IMG/VR virus record: IMGVR_UViG_3300009652_000304
DNA length: 6,553 nucleotides
Strand: one strand, 5' to 3'
DNA from: a virus
In this document: positions 4,604 to 6,553 of the stretch, in pieces
Layout: the number at the start of each line of letters is the position of its first letter
How positions within the stretch are numbered: position 1 is the first letter of the stretch
Translations under genes and position numbers: made by a program
Notes under the pieces: generated by a model
The model's input: only the letters and a program-made list of their open reading frames with translations
Database searches by the model: none
What the model was told of the DNA's origin: nothing

Positions 4604-4657
4604 AGCAGGTTTTTAGTGGGACCCCCCCCACGGGGGCCCCCCCCACAAAAACCTGCT
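4604..4657. other. Large compound hairpin with C8 / G5 / C8 homopolymer runs, overlapping the stop codon of the Zot-like gene. Candidate terminator, packaging signal or origin structure.
   Basis: agcaggttttt (4604-4614) pairs with aaaaacctgct (4647-4657), giving 11 bp. gtggg (4616-4620) pairs with cccac (4642-4646). The G5 run (4632-4636) can pair with part of the C8 run (4622-4629). On the - strand the hairpin is followed by UUUAUUAAUUAUUAAU. Confidence 0.6.
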
Positions 4658-5405
4658 AATCAAAAATATTATTTTTTTGTTCCCGGAATATAGCTCTGCA
4701 ATCTGTTAAATTATCATCAAGACTTATATCGTAACCGTCAAATAGTTTCATACTGTCATATCGGTTTGCTATTGATTTTCTGAATATCATAAATTCCACA
4801 TCAGTCTTAAATGATAACCCATAATACTTTTCTATTATTACAAATATCTTAAAGGGTAATAATCTAAACCACCAATACATATTAGATGCTTTGCGATGTA
4901 CGTACTCTTTTTCTATCATGTTCCGTATTTGCCGATCTAACATTCTGTCTGACTGGGCTATCAATATGAAATCATATCCAAATTTTCTGTGCTGACTGAA
5001 AAATTTTACCCACTGCTGCCGGTCCTTTTTACCATAATTTTTCACGCTTACAGATTGATCGTCATCACTGTTAAAAAATTCTTCCAGTGCTTTTTTTTCT
5101 TCTTTATCGGTTCGGTCATTAAAACGAACTCCTGCCTCATCTATTACAACTAAACATTGACTTTCTCTTTTGTTTTTCAAATAACCTCTCATCTTCGCAA
5201 ATCTTGCTAAATTTAGAACATTTATATATTCTTCAGAAACATAAAAAAATCTTTCTTCATATCCTTTTCTTTTTTCCCTTTTTGTAAATTTTATTGGATA
5301 ATTGCTAATCACATCACGCCCGGCCCACAAATTTAATAATATTTTCCGGGTCACATTTAAAGATTTACCTGATCCCGGAGTACCGGAATATAAATCAACA
5401 CTCAC
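4656..5405 (-). CDS. Zot / gpI-family phage assembly ATPase, 249 aa.
   Basis: Walker A GTPGSGKS is at residues 8-15, and Walker B-like LVVIDEAG is at residues 85-92. The N-terminal layout is typical of Zot-domain proteins. The start is GTG at 5405, immediately after the TAA of the upstream gene, with AAGGGG 8 nt upstream. The gene occupies the gI position. Confidence 0.9.
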   Translation of the reverse strand: MSVDLYSGTPGSGKSLNVTRKILLNLWAGRDVISNYPIKFTKREKRKGYEERFFYVSEEYINVLNLARFAKMRGYLKNKRESQCLVVIDEAGVRFNDRTDKEEKKALEEFFNSDDDQSVSVKNYGKKDRQQWVKFFSQHRKFGYDFILIAQSDRMLDRQIRNMIEKEYVHRKASNMYWWFRLLPFKIFVIIEKYYGLSFKTDVEFMIFRKSIANRYDSMKLFDGYDISLDDNLTDCRAIFREQKNNIFD

Positions 5406-5657
5406 TTAATCAACCCCTTTTACCCAGCGCAACGGAATTCTTAAAACATAATAAATAGCAACCGCTACAAGGAATAATTCCAAGTGAGCAATAATTCCGG
5501 CAACTGGAATAATATAATTGATATATTCTATCCATGTATTTTCAAGTTCGAGTACATATATAAATGGTGAGTCAGGAAGTAATGAAAACAAAACTGTTAA
5601 TACTTCCCCGGCTGCAGCTATAACTTTATTTATTAGAGATATTATTGCTATCTGCAT
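5406..5657 (-). CDS. Hydrophobic minor coat / assembly protein (gVI analogue by position), 83 aa from the ATG at 5657.
   Basis: The track gives 5406..5663 from a TTG. I prefer the ATG at 5657 because GGAGG lies 6 nt upstream of it. The protein is dominated by hydrophobic stretches (IAIISLINKVIAAAG, IIPVAGIIAHLELFLVAVAIYYVL). It lies between the gIII-like and gI-like genes, as gVI does in Ff. Confidence 0.6.
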   Translation of the reverse strand: MQIAIISLINKVIAAAGEVLTVLFSLLPDSPFIYVLELENTWIEYINYIIPVAGIIAHLELFLVAVAIYYVLRIPLRWVKGVD

Positions 5658-5763
5658 AAACAACCTCCATTAAATTTTCTCGTACTGTCATACAACGTTT
5701 ACAAACTCTATCTTTATGGTAATTTAACATACCACAAAAAATACAAATCCAAGTTTTTAGCAT
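5626..5763 (-). CDS. 45-aa zinc-ribbon micro-protein with a RanBP2-type Cys4 pattern.
   Basis: Hand translation gives MLKTWICIFCGMLNYHKDRVCKRCMTVRENLMEVVYADSNNISNK. The ATG at 5763 directly abuts the TAA of the gIII-like gene, and a strong GGGAGGTGG lies about 7 nt upstream. The stop is TAA at 5628-5626, overlapping the start of the gVI-like gene by 32 nt. The segment W-x-C-x2-C-x3-N-x6-C-x2-C is present exactly. Confidence 0.5.
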   Translation of the reverse strand: MLKTWICIFCGMLNYHKDRVCKRCMTVRENLMEVVYADSNNISNK

Positions 5764-6553
5764 TTATACACCACCTCCCATTAATCTTCTGGTAGCTAAT
5801 ATTAGCCCAACATCAAATATAAGTAATTCAATTTTTTTCACAATGTTACGAATAGCGTCAAACATTCCCAAATCAATATTGAAAACGAAATCAGCTAATT
5901 TAGTATCTATATTAATATCTAATTTGCCATCCCAAGAGCCACCGTCTAACTGCTTAAAACTATTATATAAATCCCAAGGGAGACTAAACGGGAATTTACG
6001 TGTTATGGTACTAGCACCCTTTTTTAATGGCTGCCAGTCAATGCCCGTATCGTCTGTTGGAGGGTTAGTTGTAACTGTCGTAGGAGGGCCAGTTGTCACC
6101 GTTACTACAGGTGGCCCCAATGGTAGACCATCCGGACCTAAAGTTGTTTCTGTTGTTGTTGTTGTTGTTGTTGTTGTTTCTTTCCATTTTTTCGTTATAG
6201 GATCATAAAATTTTCTTGTTGTATCAGAACGTTCTATTGTTTTTTCAGTCGTTGTACCGTCTGGATTATTTATTATTTCGGTTTCCGGAGGATAATCAAT
6301 TGTTGTTTCATCCGGATTATTTATATCCGGTAAATCATCAGGCACATTAGGCTCTGGAACCGGTACCGGAAAACCTATTTTCCTATCATCATCATGACGT
6401 GGACCTTCACCTTTTCTACGCTTGTATATTTCACCGGTATCTTTATCCACGTACCAATCCCAATCATCCTCACCTTCCTGTATTGTCGTTTCATCATCAA
6501 TAGATTGGTTATCTGTCTCATTCATCCATCTTTCCAGATCGTCAATCCATGAA
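5764..6553 (-). CDS. C-terminal part of the same 554-aa adsorption-like protein. Positions 6431-6553 duplicate 1-123, and the track Met at 6525 is internal.
   Basis: The frame stays open to the window end. The protein has an acidic, Trp-rich segment (EGEDDWDWYVDKD). It then has a Pro/Thr-rich linker with INNPDETT / INNPDGTT repeats and a T9 run. The C-terminal hydrophobic tail IELLIFDVGLILATRRLMGGGV could be a membrane anchor. The stop is TAA at 5766-5764. Confidence 0.8.
   Translation of the reverse strand, partial: SWIDDLERWMNETDNQSIDDETTIQEGEDDWDWYVDKDTGEIYKRRKGEGPRHDDDRKIGFPVPVPEPNVPDDLPDINNPDETTIDYPPETEIINNPDGTTTEKTIERSDTTRKFYDPITKKWKETTTTTTTTTETTLGPDGLPLGPPVVTVTTGPPTTVTTNPPTDDTGIDWQPLKKGASTITRKFPFSLPWDLYNSFKQLDGGSWDGKLDINIDTKLADFVFNIDLGMFDAIRNIVKKIELLIFDVGLILATRRLMGGGV
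6151..6177 (-). repeat. Perfect trinucleotide microsatellite: (tgt)9 on the + strand, (ACA)9 on the coding strand, encoding Thr9.
   Basis: There are nine uninterrupted tgt units at 6151-6177, lying inside the linker of the adsorption-like protein (KETTTTTTTTTETT). Confidence 0.95.
6431..6553. repeat. Terminal overlap copy 2, identical to 1-123.
   Basis: Same comparison as copy 1. An ORF runs continuously and in frame across the junction, which supports circular continuity rather than two independent repeats. Confidence 0.95.

Larger units (their letters stand above)
1..6430 (-). mobile_element. One complete unit of a circular inovirus-like (filamentous ssDNA phage) genome. Gene order is Ff-like: gII - gV - two small TM proteins - gVIII - gIII - gVI - gI, plus an accessory module.
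   Basis: The exact 123-bp terminal overlap (1-123 = 6431-6553) gives a 6430-bp circle. All supported ORFs are on one strand and are tightly packed or translationally coupled. Recognisable gpII-family and Zot/pI-family proteins bracket a tiny coat-protein gene and a large secreted protein. The total size is typical of filamentous phages. Confidence 0.8.

Noticed and set aside
5658-5663. TTG start at 5663 for the gVI-like ORF (track call).
   Set aside because: The ATG at 5657 lies 6 nt downstream of a GGAGG, which is ideal spacing. The TTG directly abuts that GGAGG with no spacer. Both give the same frame, so only two residues are affected.
5843-6208. 121-aa + strand ORF antisense to the adsorption-protein gene.
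   Set aside because: It lies entirely inside the strongly supported - strand gene. Its low-complexity VVVVVVVV / GGP content is simply the reverse-complement reading of the Thr/Pro-rich linker codons. It has no ribosome-binding site, and no other + strand gene exists in the circle.
1-6553. Search for an integration module (tyrosine or serine recombinase, or a XerCD dif-like attP), CRISPR repeats, tRNA or rRNA genes.
   Set aside because: No ORF is large enough or carries recombinase-like motifs. No sequence resembles the Bacillus-type dif core that I can recall. There is no array of regularly spaced repeats and no cloverleaf-like GC-rich segment. A dif-like site for an unknown host cannot be excluded by eye.

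Overview
This window is a complete small circular replicon, not a chromosomal fragment. Bases 1-123 recur exactly at 6431-6553, so it is a 6430-bp circle written out with a 123-bp overlap. The gene content and order are those of a filamentous ssDNA phage (inovirus-like), and every credible gene lies on the - strand. Reading along the - strand, the genes are:
- a gpII-family rolling-circle replication initiator (3239..2118)
- a putative ssDNA-binding protein (2029..1628)
- two tiny single-TM proteins absent from or mis-started in the ORF track (1617..1444 and 1442..1281)
- a 54-aa Pf3-like leaderless major coat protein (1275..1111, not in the track), followed by a hairpin terminator
- a 554-aa adsorption protein with a signal peptide, which starts at 998, crosses the linearisation point and ends at 5764; the track shows only its C-terminal 253 aa
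- a 45-aa zinc-ribbon micro-ORF (5763..5626, not in the track)
- a pVI-like hydrophobic protein (5657..5406)
- a Zot/pI-type assembly ATPase (5405..4656)
The slot between the ATPase gene and the replication gene holds a promoter-driven accessory pair of 64 aa and 112 aa with no function I can recognise. The 112-aa protein carries a C-x7-C-P-Y-C-x4-C cluster. Two structured non-coding regions flank this pair. They include a striking C8/G5/C8 hairpin in an otherwise very AT-rich genome, and an exact 17-bp direct repeat with a hairpin and a palindrome at the rep start, which is a candidate plus-strand origin. I found no secretin, integrase, tRNA, rRNA or CRISPR array. AT-richness, strong GGAGG-type ribosome-binding sites and the missing secretin suggest a low-GC Gram-positive host, but that is inference only. 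All translations and pairings were done by hand, and no database search was possible.
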